Shown here one piece after another: positions 1 to 16,471 of a stretch of 64,000 nt of DNA. Numbering within the stretch: the stretch's first letter is position 1; every line of letters begins with the position of its first letter. The stretch covers positions 248,001 to 312,000 of the forward strand of contig NW_021832611.1 in the NCBI RefSeq assembly GCF_006345805.1, read 5' to 3'. The notes under the pieces are model-generated. The model saw only the letters and a list, made by a program, of their open reading frames with translations, was not told the DNA's origin and made no database searches. The DNA comes from Octopus sinensis (Eukaryota). The translations under genes and the position numbers were made by a program.

Positions 1-89
1 TATAAATTAAATAATCTATTTTTCACTAAAAAAATTAATTAATTTTAATTATCTTCTAAAAAAACTGCGACCACTTCGACAAAAGTACC
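1..89. mobile_element. Right end/TIR of a Merlin-type DNA transposon (continues beyond window)
   Basis: AAAAAAACTGCGACCACTTCGACAAAAGTACC plus upstream sequence is near-identical to the right end of the element at 61166-61823. Confidence 0.75.
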
Positions 90-184
90 AAAAATTTTTA
101 TTTTTGAATTTATCTAAGGAAAAACGTAAAAAATATTTTGACTTTCATAAAATGAATATTTTCGTTAAATTTTTTTTCTTAAAA

Positions 185-600
185 TGGATAGTCTACTGTA
201 ATTGTTTTAAGTCTGAAAATAGATACATTCTCATAGAGATGCCTAGAAAGATTGGATAATACATATATATTCTAGTCACGTGGAAATCAGGGAATGTGTA
301 GACTCGGCCATAAAAAACAATCTCTTATTTTTGTCGAGCAAGAGCACTGATGAGAGCACGAAAGGGGACTCACCTAGTGTTGCCTATTTATTACTGCCCA
401 TCTCCTTCTCGATTAAGGACTCAGAATTGAGGAGGCAACTGGATGTGAAGAATTCTCAGCTGGAAACCCAGCAGATGGAGAACAGGCGACCTCAAGTGCC
501 GAATAGAAAACAGTCCAAACACGTGGAATATTGGTTATACTTAATAGTAAGTGTGTTGTGTTTCTTAGTGGCGTACTATTTGTTTTATTGGTTGTGGTAA
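185..600 (+). CDS. Small unknown protein, coiled coil plus C-terminal transmembrane (tail-anchored-like)
   Basis: ATG at 185 and GT-AG splice into the 276-600 frame, which ends YWLYLIVSVLCFLVAYYLFYWLW; 5' structure uncertain. Confidence 0.5.
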
Positions 601-861
601 AAGAGTTAGACTAGCACAACGACATTGGTCTGCATCTTAACCCCCACTTGGAATGCAATTTCCACCTACCGAGCACTCACGGAATGCCCCAATGCCCTCC
701 CTGATAACTTGATAACTATCCATCAATTTCGAAATCAACTCTGATGATTTGGAATTGTTTTCGCGATTAAAATATTCAGATAATTCATTCCTCAAAAAAA
801 CTATGGCAAGAATGTTTCCCCGAGATAACCATTTCACTAATAAAATTAAAATAAATGTTTA

Positions 862-916
862 GATGTTTCTCGCGAGATCTCCAATAGATCCGCGAACTCC
901 AGGTTTAGAACCACTG
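862..916. mobile_element. Solo hAT-like terminal fragment
   Basis: Ends GCGAACTCCAGGTTTAGAACCACTG, similar to the end of the hAT at 47403-49118 (GCGACTCCCGGTTTGAAACCTCTG). Confidence 0.45.
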
Positions 917-939
917 TTTTAAGGACAGTTTAATGCATC

Positions 940-1090
940 TAAGCTCGTAGAAACTTATCTACACTCAGCTGCATTAAGTAACCCTTGTGATATTTGATGA
1001 CCACTTTATCCCATGTCATCACACATAAAATATCCCTGTCTTTACACTGGTTCTTTAGCCATAGCTCGTTCCTCTTTTCAATTTTAACTG
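940..1090 (-). mobile_element. R4-like non-LTR retroelement 3' fragment
   Basis: Minus frame reads CVMTWDKVVIKYHKGY, matching LILTWDGVVSKFFKKY of the 42005-42772 ORF. Confidence 0.55.
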
Positions 1091-1274
1091 TTTATAAAAT
1101 ATCTAGGCATCTAATGTGCCTAGATTAACTTGGGGTACGGATAAAATTCACTGTAGTTTGCTTATCTTATAAAGATAATTAATATTGAAATAATTAAGTA
1201 AGAATTTTAATAATATTTACGATAGAAATGTTATAAAAATACGTTTCATAGTTACTAACAATTTTAGTTACTGA

Positions 1275-1745
1275 ATGGGAGAAACTATACCTACTCAGGC
1301 TGTCTTTAAAATATATGCTCCAACTGTTATCGAAAGAGAAAACCTCCAGTTTGATTTTTTAGGTGTGTATGATCAGAATTTGACTCATAAATGTGATGAA
1401 TTAAAAAGCTATTTTGAATCAAAAAATGTATTCTTTATGTTAATAAAATTACATTTTTAGATTATTAATATTTTGAAATCTTTAATTGCAGTACTAATGG
1501 TGGAGAAGCCACAAGATCACATAAACTTTTTACAGAAAATATTGAGTACTTGCCAAGTTTATAAATTTCCTGATGATATTTAATAACAGAATTATTTAGA
1601 GATTAATTTTGAGACTTTTATTTCAGGAAAACACCCAATGAAAGATGTACACAGACTCAAATATATTCAGCAAATAGAAAATAGAAATGACTATCATGGA
1701 ATGATTTTTGAATTAACAGAACTCTTATTCGGAAACACCATATGA
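1275..1745 (+). CDS. Small protein with RIIa/DPY30-like docking-dimerization motif
   Basis: Two GT-AG introns give an open frame containing YFESKNIINILKSLIAVLMVEKPQDHINFLQKIL; TGA at 1743. Confidence 0.6.
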
Positions 1746-2756
1746 GATTATATATAATTTTCTAATTTTAACATTGATATAATTTCTAATTCAATAAAAG
1801 CAATTCGCACCTCAGATCAGTAATCTAAATAGACATTATCCCTTTTTTAATCAGTTTAAATAATATTTCTTTTAAAGAGAACTGCAACAATTACTTTTCA
1901 TCAATATTAAAAATGCAAAAATATCAATAATTAGTTTAAACTTTAAAGCAATGTTTTGTGTAGATATCGATTTCAAAAAGCACACAAATTATGTTTTGCC
2001 TGTGTCAAACAATGTTTCAATGTTGCTGGACACTAGGCAGAAAAAATTGAATTATCAACAAAAACGAGGTACACCAAATTTAGTAGTTTCGAAATTTTGT
2101 AAACTCTGATGTGTCTTTCCTCAGAGTTCTGAAAGAAGTTGCAATATTGAAGTAGACTGCATTTTGGTAGTGTAGAGTGCTTGGTTCGGAGAAAAGAGTT
2201 TTTTGTGCATTTATTTTGGGTCTACACCCATTTGGGACGCCCGAGGATAATGGGCAAAATATCATTTCTCTGAAATATTTTCTAATGCAAGTGCATTTCC
2301 CAAAAAAAAATAACGCTGAAAAACAATTTTGAAAAGAAAAATGGTTACGCTGATGAATCAATTAACCAGCACTGCAATTGATCCGACTAGATGAGTTTCA
2401 GTTCGTCACGTTCACTTGGACTGCTTTTTGGATAAGACTGAATAGCAAAAACTATAACAGTAAAGGCAATATATATTTTATAAAAATTATTGACTAACCA
2501 ATAAAAATCATCTTTGTTTAAAAAATGATAAAAAGAAGGTAAAAAGGCGTTCAGAATTAAAGCAAATGTTCCTTAAAATCATAATTTAATAAATGTAATC
2601 TGTGATTACTAAAAACAAACGAGTATATAAGCATCAATAAAAACGCGAAATAAATTAATAATTTTATATAAATTAAATTATAAAATAAACAAATTATAAA
2701 CGGACAACCCTGAATAATTAATTTAAAAATAGCACTATTGTTCGCGTGTTATCATC

Positions 2757-5163
<2,407 letters not shown>

Positions 5164-5809
5164 GCTTAGTTGTTAGACTAACTTTTTCACTCGTTTTATC
5201 AATTAGTTTAATATTTCTTTTATTTTTCATACATAGCTTGAAGATTTGTATTTTTTACGTTTTATATAAGATGGGCGAAAAGAAGGAAAACGGAATTATC
5301 CCAATTTAAATAAAATGTGATTTTTAAAATCATTTTTTCAGTTGCAATCTTTTTAAATTGGTAGTATTTACTCCTGAAGATTGTTATCTGGATCTATTAA
5401 AACCGTTAAAAGAAAAGTGGATTTTTGTTTATACACTTATATTTAAAAAAATGCAATCGCCAAATATGCATGTCTTTATTGTCTGCACCTATACAGATAC
5501 TTAATGATTTAGTTGCTTAAAATAATAGTCTCTGAAAAAATGAATTTTCCAACATCCTTATTCATTGGCATTTTTGTTGACTAGAAATCTAGAATTATTT
5601 TTTTCATTGACACAATTTATTTGTCAGTACACCTAAATATCAACAATTTACTAACTTTTCTTTATTAAATATAGCTAAATTGTGTCTTTCCAAAAATATT
5701 TTTACTAAAAAATAAAGAATTAGTTTATAGAAAATTTTTTGAACATAAGTTTATTCTGAAATTAATTCTAATAGTCATTTTAGTTACCTAGTTTCAAAAG
5801 TATATTAAA

Positions 5810-8800
5810 ATGACGTTGGATTTTACTACTGATTTTTAGATTAGAGCAGGATATTTCTCATACTACCAAAGCATCGTATTTATGGAAGTTATTAAAGTTT
5901 TACGTAACCAAAGATTATTTTTCGTTTTGTAAATGGAATGACGACGAACTAGAACTAGCCCATGGTTTATTTGTTCAAAAAAGAATAAAAATTAATCAAA
6001 ATATATTATATTTTGTTTTTACGAAAAATAAAAATGTATGATTATGAAAATTTATTTTAAGATTATTTTTATAATTGATTGTGAATTAAATGGATTTTTT
6101 TTCAATTTAGAAACAGAAAATGTTGAAAATCTAATTTTACCTGAAAAAATAGATAATTGTTTATCAACAAATCCTGATTATGAAAGAATAATTGCATGGA
6201 ATTCCAAATCAGGGAATCTTTATGTATTGTGTTCATATTAAAATATTTTTATAGCTTATTGACTCTGATTTGAAGATTGTATTGAGTATGTTTAACGTCG
6301 ATGATGCTATAAGAGCAATATGTCTATTTTATAATGATAGATATTTGGCTGTTTTATCCACAAAATGTGTAATGGTTATTATTTTTTGACAATCACATTT
6401 AAAGGTCTTGGAAATTAGTTATATGAAGACGCAGTTAGTTTTTGTAAATTCGGCCTTATTTCAGTTTCCAGGAAAAATGAACATTCTTCAATTCGTTTCA
6501 GATAAAAATCGGATTTTAGTCTCTACAGATGGTTATCTGATTAAAGTTATTAAATATTATTTTAATAAACTTAAGAAATTTTCTTTATCCCAAATGAAAG
6601 AAGAAAAGAGTCTATATAGTAAGAATTGTGCGTATGCAACTACAATCTCATTTTTAAAAAGTTGTGAAAAGTTCGCAGTTGGGCTTAAAGATGGAATCAG
6701 TAAAAGTTAAAGGAATAATTTTTAGTTCAAATATATAATTTAAATTTGGAAAAAATATTTAGTTTCGCAGCACACCATCGAAAAATCACATCTTTATTTT
6801 CATTTTCAAAGGGATCATATCTCGTTTCTACTAGCGCCGATAGTAATCTAAAAATTTGGTGTCTTGAAACTTATACATTATTTCAAAAGTATGTGCTAAA
6901 TTAATAAAATAGTTATGAAACAAATAAAGAGATATTTATTTGCAAGCCATTTAGTGAAGGGAAAATGATTCTCAGTTTATCCATGAATGAATTAGTAATT
7001 TGGAATTATAAACATATTTACGATTTAATAGCATTTACAAGGTATGTTTATTAATTTTTATCAGATATGAAATTACTCGTTTTAAAATGATCAAATGCCT
7101 TGGTCGTGGATACTTAATTGGACTTATTTTGAATGATACTATCTTGAAAATTTTAGATGAAAATGATTTATACGAAATCAACACTTTCTATTTAAAATCT
7201 AAAGTTCTTGATTATAGCTATGTCTATAATACTGGTAATAAAATTAAATTTATTATTTATTTAAGGAACCCTATGTTTAATTGATTTCTTTTACAACTTG
7301 ATAATAATAAACAAATCCCCGATAAATACGGAAACAGAACATTGCAATCATCATTTTACATGCATTTTATTATGTGAATTTGTTAATCTTTCTAAAAGCG
7401 TTGATGCAAGCATTATTTCATTATTTATTGTTGGTACGGCAACTGGTGATATACAAATATTTGACTGCAATAGAAATCTTTTTATTTTTAATGTCCAAGT
7501 TTTTTATTTAAACTAATTGAATCATATTTATAGTCACATGAGAGACAGAAAGTCGTGGCAATTGCTCAAGAAAAAAAACTCATTATTACCTCAGGGGATG
7601 ATAAATCAGTTTGTATCTGGAATTTAGATATCAATTTAATGAAACTCTCAAATCTATATTCTATCTTTTGCGAACATTCTCCTGTGGATTTATGTGTGAT
7701 ATCTAATAAATTTTGCATAATTGTCTACAGAGATGATAATATATATGGGACCTATATGCTAGATCTTTTAAGGAGAGGTAAAATAAAAATTTATTTTAAA
7801 GAAAAAAATACGAAATCCTATAACACATTTCAGAAAGAGAAAATCACAAATATTTGCAGCTGTTATAAACTAAAAATATATGCAACTCTGCTGTCAAATA
7901 ATATTATTGCAATTTTTAACTGTAATAATGAAATAATAAGGTTTTTTTGTAATTAATTTATTTTTTAAATAGAAAACTCATCTTTAAAGTGGAAGTCTCT
8001 AGTATTTCCTTTATTAATTCGCTTGGGGATATTTTGGTTTCTTTGAAAAATACTTTATGGGTTGTTAAGGCCGAAAATTGTATTTTATATCTCAATTTTT
8101 AGATCTCTTGAACCATTACAAATTAAAACTTACAACTAAACTCTGTGAGAAAAATAAAAAACGTGTAAGTAATGAAATCAAAAAATCAAATTTAAATAAG
8201 AAAGATATTCACATTGTAAAAAAGTAAGAAAAATTATAGTTACGATATATAGATATGAAAGTATTTACGACGATTCAGAATTTTCCGATAATTTGCTCAT
8301 TAAAGAATACGAAGTCTAATATTGAAATTTATTTAGATTAGAAAATAATTTTAAAAAATCAAGATATTTCTGATTTGAAAAAGGGAATTATTGTTCCCCA
8401 AAAAACTATCAGTCCGACAAACAAAAAATTAATTTTAAATAAAAATTTCAATATTCATACAAAAAAAATAATTATGGTAAACTTTTTTTATAAAATATTA
8501 GAATAACTTTCAAAAAAAATCATTAATCCAAGAATCTCAAAAAAGTTCAAAACATGATTCTCCAGTAATTTTATAAATTTTTCAATTATTTGTAGATGTT
8601 AAAAAAATCAATTCCAAATATGTATTCAGTGAAGCCGAAAGTATTTAAAGATTTGACTTATGCATATGATTTTGATGTCATGAACAAAAAGAATGATGAT
8701 TTAAATTTTGACAAGGTTAAATATATTTAATTAAATATTAATTGAATAGGAGATATCTGAAGAACCGATTTTTATAGAGGTGATTTAATAGTTATAAAAT

Positions 8801-10414
8801 GATTAAATTTAGAATCTGGAATCAAACACTTCAGAAAATGATAAAATAATAATTGACGTCGAGAAAATTGACCAAGATTCGATATTTAGTGAAAATGAAA
8901 TAGAAAACACAAATCTCGAGGTGAATTACCTGTTCAATTTAAATACAATGACAGAATGATGGCAACACACTCAATGCCATAGTTACAGAAAAAATTCCAG
9001 AAGTCGAACAGAATAATAATATTTTTGAAGTTTTGAAGAAGAATGAGAAATTTGAAAATATAAAAACCTTTCCCACATATTCTCAAAGTGAATCTAAAGA
9101 TGAAATGAATAGCCACGACCCAATTATTCTTAAGCCCGACCTTCCAACTGTTGATAGAATAAAAGAAACTAAATTCGAAACTAAAGACTCCGAAATTCTA
9201 AATTTGGAGAACCTAGAAAAACATTTTGTAGATGACTATGCTCCAGTATTTATAACCGAAACAAATGAAAATGGAATGTAAAAAATATCAATTATTTTTA
9301 GTGAGTTATCTATTTTTTCAAATTTTAAGCGCGAAAATTGGTTCAAAAATTTTTATCAGCAGACCATGAAGGTTAGATACAATCAATTTATTAATAGAAA
9401 TTCAATAATGAAATGCTAGTATTTATAAAGAATATTCATAACGATATGCTATACAACAATCCACTTGATGTTTCTGATTTTTTGGATATAGTTATTAAAA
9501 ATATTCAGTTTTTAGGTATTTCTTTAATAAGTATAAATCATTAGAAATAAAAGTGATCCATCTATTAATAATTTCGATTATGAGGTTTTATGATTTAGAA
9601 AATAAAAATACATTAATTAAAAAAATACTCAAAATAATTTCAAGCATTCGTTATAAAGATTTTGAAATAATATCAGAAATCATTTCATTATATATAAGAA
9701 GTGACGACGTAACAATGTTAATATCCTGTAGATTATATTTCAGGTCAAATATAATGAATTTATTGAATAAACTCGGATTAAATGACATTGATTTTATTCT
9801 GCAAAATTATCTTAAGCAGTCTATTAAAGAAACGCAAATCAATTATAAAGAGAAAATAGAACAATTTATTAATCGGTATTTTAGATAAATAAAAATCAGT
9901 CAATACACTGAGTTGATAAGTCTACCTTTCGACAACTTGTTAAAAATTGTATTCACCTAGTTTTATAATTATTAATAGAACATTTTGGGAAAAAGAGATA
10001 ATCGTTTGTGTTGATAAATAAAATATAGACGAAGCGACTGCAATCGACGCTGTGAATTACTTTATTCTTAAGAATGTCAAAAAAGATGCTACCAAAGTGA
10101 AAAATGAAATCAAGGAAACAATAATGTTATCAAAAAAATCATCATTAAAAAAATATTGCGAAAAAGTAGTCAATGAAACTGCCTTAACGCAATATGGAAA
10201 AAGCTGCGAAAAACAGATAGGTAGATTATCAAATAGTCATTATCATTCTGAAAAATTAAAATTAAGTAAAGTATTTCATTTCCCGAGTATATATTATCCA
10301 ATCAAGAGATGTACTTTATTGCCATTCACAAAAAATTCGTCGTTTGATGAGACTATTCAATGGCTTAAAAAATATTTCGATATAGAAGAATCTAGTGACT
10401 TTAATATTTACTAA
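5810..10414 (+). CDS. Large WD40-repeat protein with low-complexity middle and helical C-terminus (possibly WDR97/WDR87-like)
   Basis: WD repeats LVSTSADSNLKIW and LIITSGDDKSVCIW; consecutive exons joined by tiny GT-AG introns. Confidence 0.65.
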
Positions 10415-10486
10415 AATCAATACATATTTTCCGTATTTTATATTCAAATAATTGGAGGAAACAGATTTATAAAAAATGATAAATCT

Positions 10487-10860
10487 TGTGGGGTTTACCG
10501 TGGAGACGGAAAACGCCCAGATGGAGTCAGCTTTTGCTTGGAGTAATGGGAAATGCCTCGCGTAGGACTCTATGTTCCCAAACACTTTTTCAAAGACGAA
10601 TATAATCGACTCGGCAATCAGTCCAGGTTTAGCCGCTAAAAGGCTAAAGAATACAAAATCTTGAAATATTCTAACCTGTCGAACAACATGATCTTTTCCC
10701 CAATCTCCGTAGAAACATCCACAACAAATCTCTTGAACTCGTTGGAAAAATGTGGCAACTGATCTTCAGAAAACGAAGAGAGCCTCGAAACAAGCAATGG
10801 CAGTTCCAAAGAATTTCCATTGCGATTCTTAGGGGCAAAGTTTTCTCGATAATAAGTAGT
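10487..10860 (+). mobile_element. CRE-like non-LTR retroelement 3' fragment (REL endonuclease)
   Basis: RGDGKRPDG...GKCLA...KYSNL...PISVETS...FQRISIAILRG with frameshifts. Confidence 0.75.
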
Positions 10861-11229
10861 TTTAGATTAAAACTAACTTAATAAACTATCAAGAACTTAA
10901 AAAATTAATCTTGGTAGTACATATTCAAAATATTTTCTGACAATTTTTTACAACTGCATCAGGGGTGTTCATATTTGTATTTAAAAAGCAAAACATAAAC
11001 AATTTTTAGACGATTTAAAATGAGCACATTACTAAAAAGACACCTTTCTACCTTTCGACAATTATTATCAATTCCTCAGACTTTCTGACATTAGAAGCAT
11101 TGTAAGAAGTAAATCAAAACTAACTAAAAATGGATTTTTTAGTCAAAACAAATAGTTATGGCTGATGTAAATTTGTTAAATTCATTCCAGGAATGGGGAA
11201 TCTGCTGTACCGCGAATAACTAAACAGTT

Positions 11230-11410
11230 TCCTTTCAGGATCATGATCGAGATCCTCTGAAACACCATAGCGTCACTTTTCTCCCTACTGTAAGTTTTGA
11301 AATCATGCTTCTGATTTTCTTAAAAAGTGCATTCTTCATCCAGATGACACCACTTGTCTCAAACTCAAGTGGAACAAATTCTAAACTGTTAAGAAATGGG
11401 TACTCCCGCC
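11230..11410 (-). mobile_element. CRE-like 3' fragment
   Basis: Minus frame EFVPLEFETSGV matches the family FxPxAxETSG motif. Confidence 0.5.
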
Positions 11411-11559
11411 AGGAACCTAATGATCTAAAACAAATAATAAATTTATCTTGTTTCTCTTTTTAATATTTAATTTTATTTAGTTTTAATTTTGTATTCAAAA
11501 ATACAAGAATTATGTTAAAATTAATTTCATTTTTTGTAGACCTGTAATTTACTCTTTGA

Positions 11560-13290
11560 ATGAATGATTCCAAATTGATTTCAACATTATTTGAAAATAT
11601 ATTAGGTTTTCTTGAAAAACCAGCAACACTTGATAACAATATTCATAATCTGGTTAAGCTAGCATATCGTTATGCACTGAGTAAAGGTACACATTTACTA
11701 AATAAAATAAGGAATTTTATTTATGTCACTCAATAATGAAAATATGCTTGAACCAATTTCCACTGTTTTGTTGCCATATCCAATATCTTTGAATTTATAC
11801 AATAATGGAAAAAATATAACACAATTATACAATATTTTGTACAACAAGGTTTCAGAAGATTATGAATTTCTTAAAAATACTTTAAAAAAGTATAAAATGA
11901 TTCCATTCTGTTAGTGTATTAGACCACGACCTTTTCATTAAAAAACTTTGGGAAATTTACGAGGAGGTGCGGCTTTATGGCCACAAACAAGTATGATAAA
12001 AAATTTAACGATAAAAAAGAATATCAAATTATCAATAAACCGCAACGATTTTATGATTTCAAACACACAAGAAAAAAACGAGTTAAAACAAGTTGAATTG
12101 AACACGATTGCAGTCGGTATGACTTCATTGAGTCAATCGGCTGCCGACTTACACAAATTTGTAATTGAACAACTTGGCCTCAATTCAAATGCTGTTAGAA
12201 AAATATCTAAAAAACTACTTTTCTAGATTCCCAAAGAGTCAATATCTTCAAAACTTGCAGATGCCTTTTTATATGCATTTAGACTTTACTCTCAGCAAAA
12301 GTATAGTAAATAAGTTGAGAATTTTAGTCAAATTATTTTTATTCCAATGATAGTGATTGTTGTTAATGATTTCGAGAGCAATATTATTGATCAAACTTTT
12401 GTAGAGATTGAAATCATATCAAAACTCGGAAAAGAATGTCTTGTAAGAAGACTAACTTTAGACTACATTGGCCAACATGCAGAACTGGGAGCGGAGGGGG
12501 AACTTTTACTGTATTATAGTTATTTTGATGAAATAGTGAGCAGAAGTTTGAAGTGGTTATTGTCTATTACCGTACAGCATATTCTCCTGAATTAATTTCA
12601 ACAAAATCTGTTTAAAATATTTTGTGAGATTTTCAGCATTGGAAAGGAAGACGTTTAGTCGAATTATCACGTTGTATTAAATGTCCCTCAATTAATTATC
12701 ATTTAACTGGTTGCAAGAAAGTACAACAAGTGCTGGCCTCCAAAACAGCACTGCGTAGATTTGTCGAGTCTAAATCAGACCTGGAACTTTTATTTAGTTC
12801 AATGGTGGGACAATATTCACTGGACTGCGATTCATTAGGAGACAAAATGACTCAATTTGCCATAGAAAATCCCGATAAATTTGTAATGAAGCCACAAAGA
12901 GAGGGTGGAGGTTTTAAATCATGTTTAAATTAAACAGGGAATAATTTATTTGGAGATTCTCTTGTCTCGCATTTAAAACAGATACAAAATTCTTCGGAAA
13001 GATCGCGGTATACTTTAATGGAAAAAATAATTCCAAAACCCACAAAAAATATAATATTAACAGATCGAAACAACCCAACTGTGGTTGATGTTGTATCTGA
13101 GATTAGTTTTTATGGATTTGTTATCAGGTATCAGGTTAATAGTCGATATAAATTTAGCGATGAAGACGAAATAGTTTTTAATGATGTCTGTGGCTCATTT
13201 GTTCGTATGAAATATGCTGATTGTAATGAGGGAGGGATTGTCATAAGAATGTCTTTTTTTTCTTCACTATATTTGACTGATACAGATTAA
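11560..13290 (+). CDS. GSS: Glutathione synthetase (eukaryotic type), divergent
   Basis: RNDFM, KQVELNTI, NIIDQ, KCPSI..HLTGCKKVQQ, FVMKPQREGGGNN and MEKI motifs across tiny introns. Confidence 0.9.
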
Positions 13291-13691
13291 CTTTTTTTTG
13301 ATAATACTGATTATAAACTTCAATATAGTTTTATTTCAACAATCTAAAATAAACTTTAGCAGCTATTGGAAAAATTATTATCTATCTTTTTGAACTTTAT
13401 CAATCAGATATGAAAGATGACATTACTATTTTCCAGTGTTGTTGTCTAAAAGTCATCCGCGTAATCTTTGTTTTTGAAAATAGGTCAAAATAAAAAAAAC
13501 AGTTTGAATTTTTTAAAATGAATATTTAAGTATGAGCACATTAAAATTAAGTTCTTTCATAAATTTAAAATCAATTGAGATTTCGTTTTATGATTTAATA
13601 ACACACTAACAAATTGATAGATTCTCAATTACTAATAAGTCAAGGTTTCTTTTTAAGTATTATTAAACAAAAAATAGTTATGAATAAAATA

Positions 13692-15185
13692 TTAGTGGTC
13701 ACACATTAACAAATTAATATCAATAGATTTATCCAGACTGACGTAATTCCCACAACTAGTTGAAAAAGTTTGAAACCAGGACGCATAACGTTGTTTAATC
13801 AAATCCAAGTGAGCATTTATGTCGTCTATATAAAATCAACAATATATTATACCAGCTGACAAAAGTCCTTCGTAACTCTCCATAATTCGTTCTAACAAAA
13901 TCTCCTCGGTCATTGAAGGCTTTCTCTCCGTTATGAAAATTCTACAATCTCGAATTTAAAAAACGATTTTATGATTCTTATGAGAGATGGTAGACGACGA
14001 GAAATATTTTTATCAATCTCTTCACTATTAGTCAGTTTTCTTTTAAGTTTCATTGACTGATTTTCCTTAACCTAATAAAATAATTTTAATTAATAAAATT
14101 AAATCTTTAATGAAATTAGAGTTGGAAGAAACAATACTTTAGCAATCAGATGGGCCGGAAGTCCTCGAAGTGCTCTTGCTAGAGGCGTTTCTTTTTGTTT
14201 TGTTTTTTCATCACAAGAAACTGAATTCTCTGCCACGACAGAAGCAATGGCGTCTTTAATCTTCAGAATGATAAAACCACGTAATTATACTTGTATCGGA
14301 GCTTTTATATCGACCAACTCTCGTGCTGTAGTGACTTTTTTGCGTTTTTGATCTTCCTCCAGCAGTTCGACAGGCTCAATGTCTTTTACTGTCTCCAATT
14401 TAAAACGTGGGTGCCATCTCTTTAGCTTTTTTAGTTCAATTTGAACTGGATTTTCAAATGTAGAGATAAATTCCTATTCGAGTAGAAATATTCAAATTTA
14501 CTTGATGGTAAGAATGAGTCAGTTTCATGAGCGAATTCTTAAATATAGACTTCCTCTGACTTGCTAGTTTTGGACTAAAGTAAAGAAATTGTTCGATTTT
14601 TTCAAATCCCACTACAACATTAAAATTGATAAATTAATATTTTGTTGCAAAATATAGCATATTGTGTAAGTAGCACTTAAAGGCAAAATCGAAATACAAC
14701 CCAAATTAGCACGAACAAGTATTCTACTATCGGGAATACGAGAAAAGATATAGGCCGATGGATAAACGGCCTTAATTTGCCCCATTCTCTTCTCGTCAAA
14801 TTTCCTATGATTGAAAATCAATTTTTCACTTTCTGGTGAGTCTTTCGACAGATGGAACTAATTTGTCAAAATAGCAGTCTTCTTTGCGATTGTGGAGTAT
14901 TGAGACAATCATTTCTGTCGCATCGAACAGACTTTTGAGAAGATTGTATTTTGATGGTAGAGATAAAGTTGGGTTTGGAATTAACAAATGACGATATTTC
15001 TCTGACAAAGTTGGTGGCTGAGGGCTGGTAGGAGTTGACTGTTCAAATTTTTGTCTCTTAGAGGCACTACAAATTATATCTAAAGAAATTTAATTTTATA
15101 AATTAGGAATACCCTCTTTTTCGTCTTTGATGCCTCTTTTTATTGTAGCCTTTTTAGGTTCAAAATAGTTAGTTATTCGTGACAT
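13692..15185 (-). CDS. CDT1: DNA replication licensing factor Cdt1
   Basis: N-terminal PIP-degron-like SRITNYFEPKK; LPSKYNLLKSLF...HNRKE...FDEKRMGQIKAVYP; RWHPRF; C-terminal winged-helix region. Confidence 0.85.
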
Positions 15186-16251
15186 AAAATAATGGCCACT
15201 AACTCCGGTACGTTAATTAAAATTGATATTTTATATTATACAAAAGTTGGATTGATTAAATTTATTTATAACTTAAATATCAAATGTATAAGAGTATATT
15301 TTCTTAATCATAACCATATATTTATTTGAGTTTGTTTTCTGAGATATTATATTTTGAAAAGGAATAAGATTTTTTACTAATAAATATTTATTTTTTATTT
15401 CTGATTTGTTCTCTCTTGATCTTAAAAATTGTGTGGCTAGTACAAGAAAAAGCTTAGGCATTTATGTGCCAATCTCTTACCGGTAGTTTTTTTTTAATAT
15501 ATAAAGAGAATTTCGTATTCTTCTTTCTATTTAGATTTTATTTTGAAATTGAAAAAATTAATTGTGTGGAAATAACATGATATTATCAAATGATAATCTT
15601 CTGATTAATTTATCTACATTTTTGTCTGCGGTTTACAATTTTTACTGGTCTTGGGAGTTTATTTCAGTTCAATAAAGTATTACTCCATTCCACAAATAAC
15701 ATAATATGACAGAAATTGGTCGAGCAACAAAAGATTTAAACTTTCCTAAGGAACAAAAATCAAGTTAAATAAAATAAATGAAAATAAATTAACCCAGTAA
15801 ACCAAAATTGAATAGGAATAAAGCACTTTGAGAAAGATTAGAGTTAATTTTAAGAATTAATGAACAGATATTCTTATTTATTTATTTTTGCAGAAAAATG
15901 AAATCATGATAAATCCAAGCCAATTTAACTAGTCAAAATTATCCAAAATATTTAACTTGCGGAATTTATGTAGTTGCCCACACAAATTCGATAACTGTAG
16001 CCAGAAAGCTGTAGCCAGAAACAAGATAGTGCTGTTTTTTAAATAAATTTATCTAAAATAACAATGTGATATAAAGTTTAACCTTATCTGAATTAATATT
16101 TTTCCTCCTAATTCTGGATTAAAAGTCGATAATTTGTTCCTTTAAATGAACACTGAAATTATCAACATTTAACTTGTTTCATTTAAGAGTAAATGCAAAT
16201 CAATATCAAATTGAGTGTTTCATTGAAAGGAACGTAATCCAACATGAAGTA

Positions 16252-16471
16252 ACGAATAACTCCAAATAGTATGACCGCTCCAAATAGTGTGACTATTCAG
16301 ATAGTATGACCATTTTTAAGAAATTTTCGTTTATACTTTTTAATAGTATGGCTATCCAAATAAAATGGATCTTTAAAAAAAATACAACTAAATGACAATT
16401 AAAATAGTATTTTCAAGGTATTTTGGCCATACTATTTAATAGTATGACTCATACTATTTGGAGTGATCCGT
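16252..16471. mobile_element. MITE (Tc1/pogo-like)
   Basis: Imperfect TIRs ACGAATAACTCCAAATAGTATGA / TCATACTATTTGGAGTGATCCGT, TA flanks, internal AATAGTATGAC repeats. Confidence 0.7.

Noticed and set aside
637-837. Minus-strand 66-aa ORF
   Set aside because: No recognisable family; probably a decayed TE fragment
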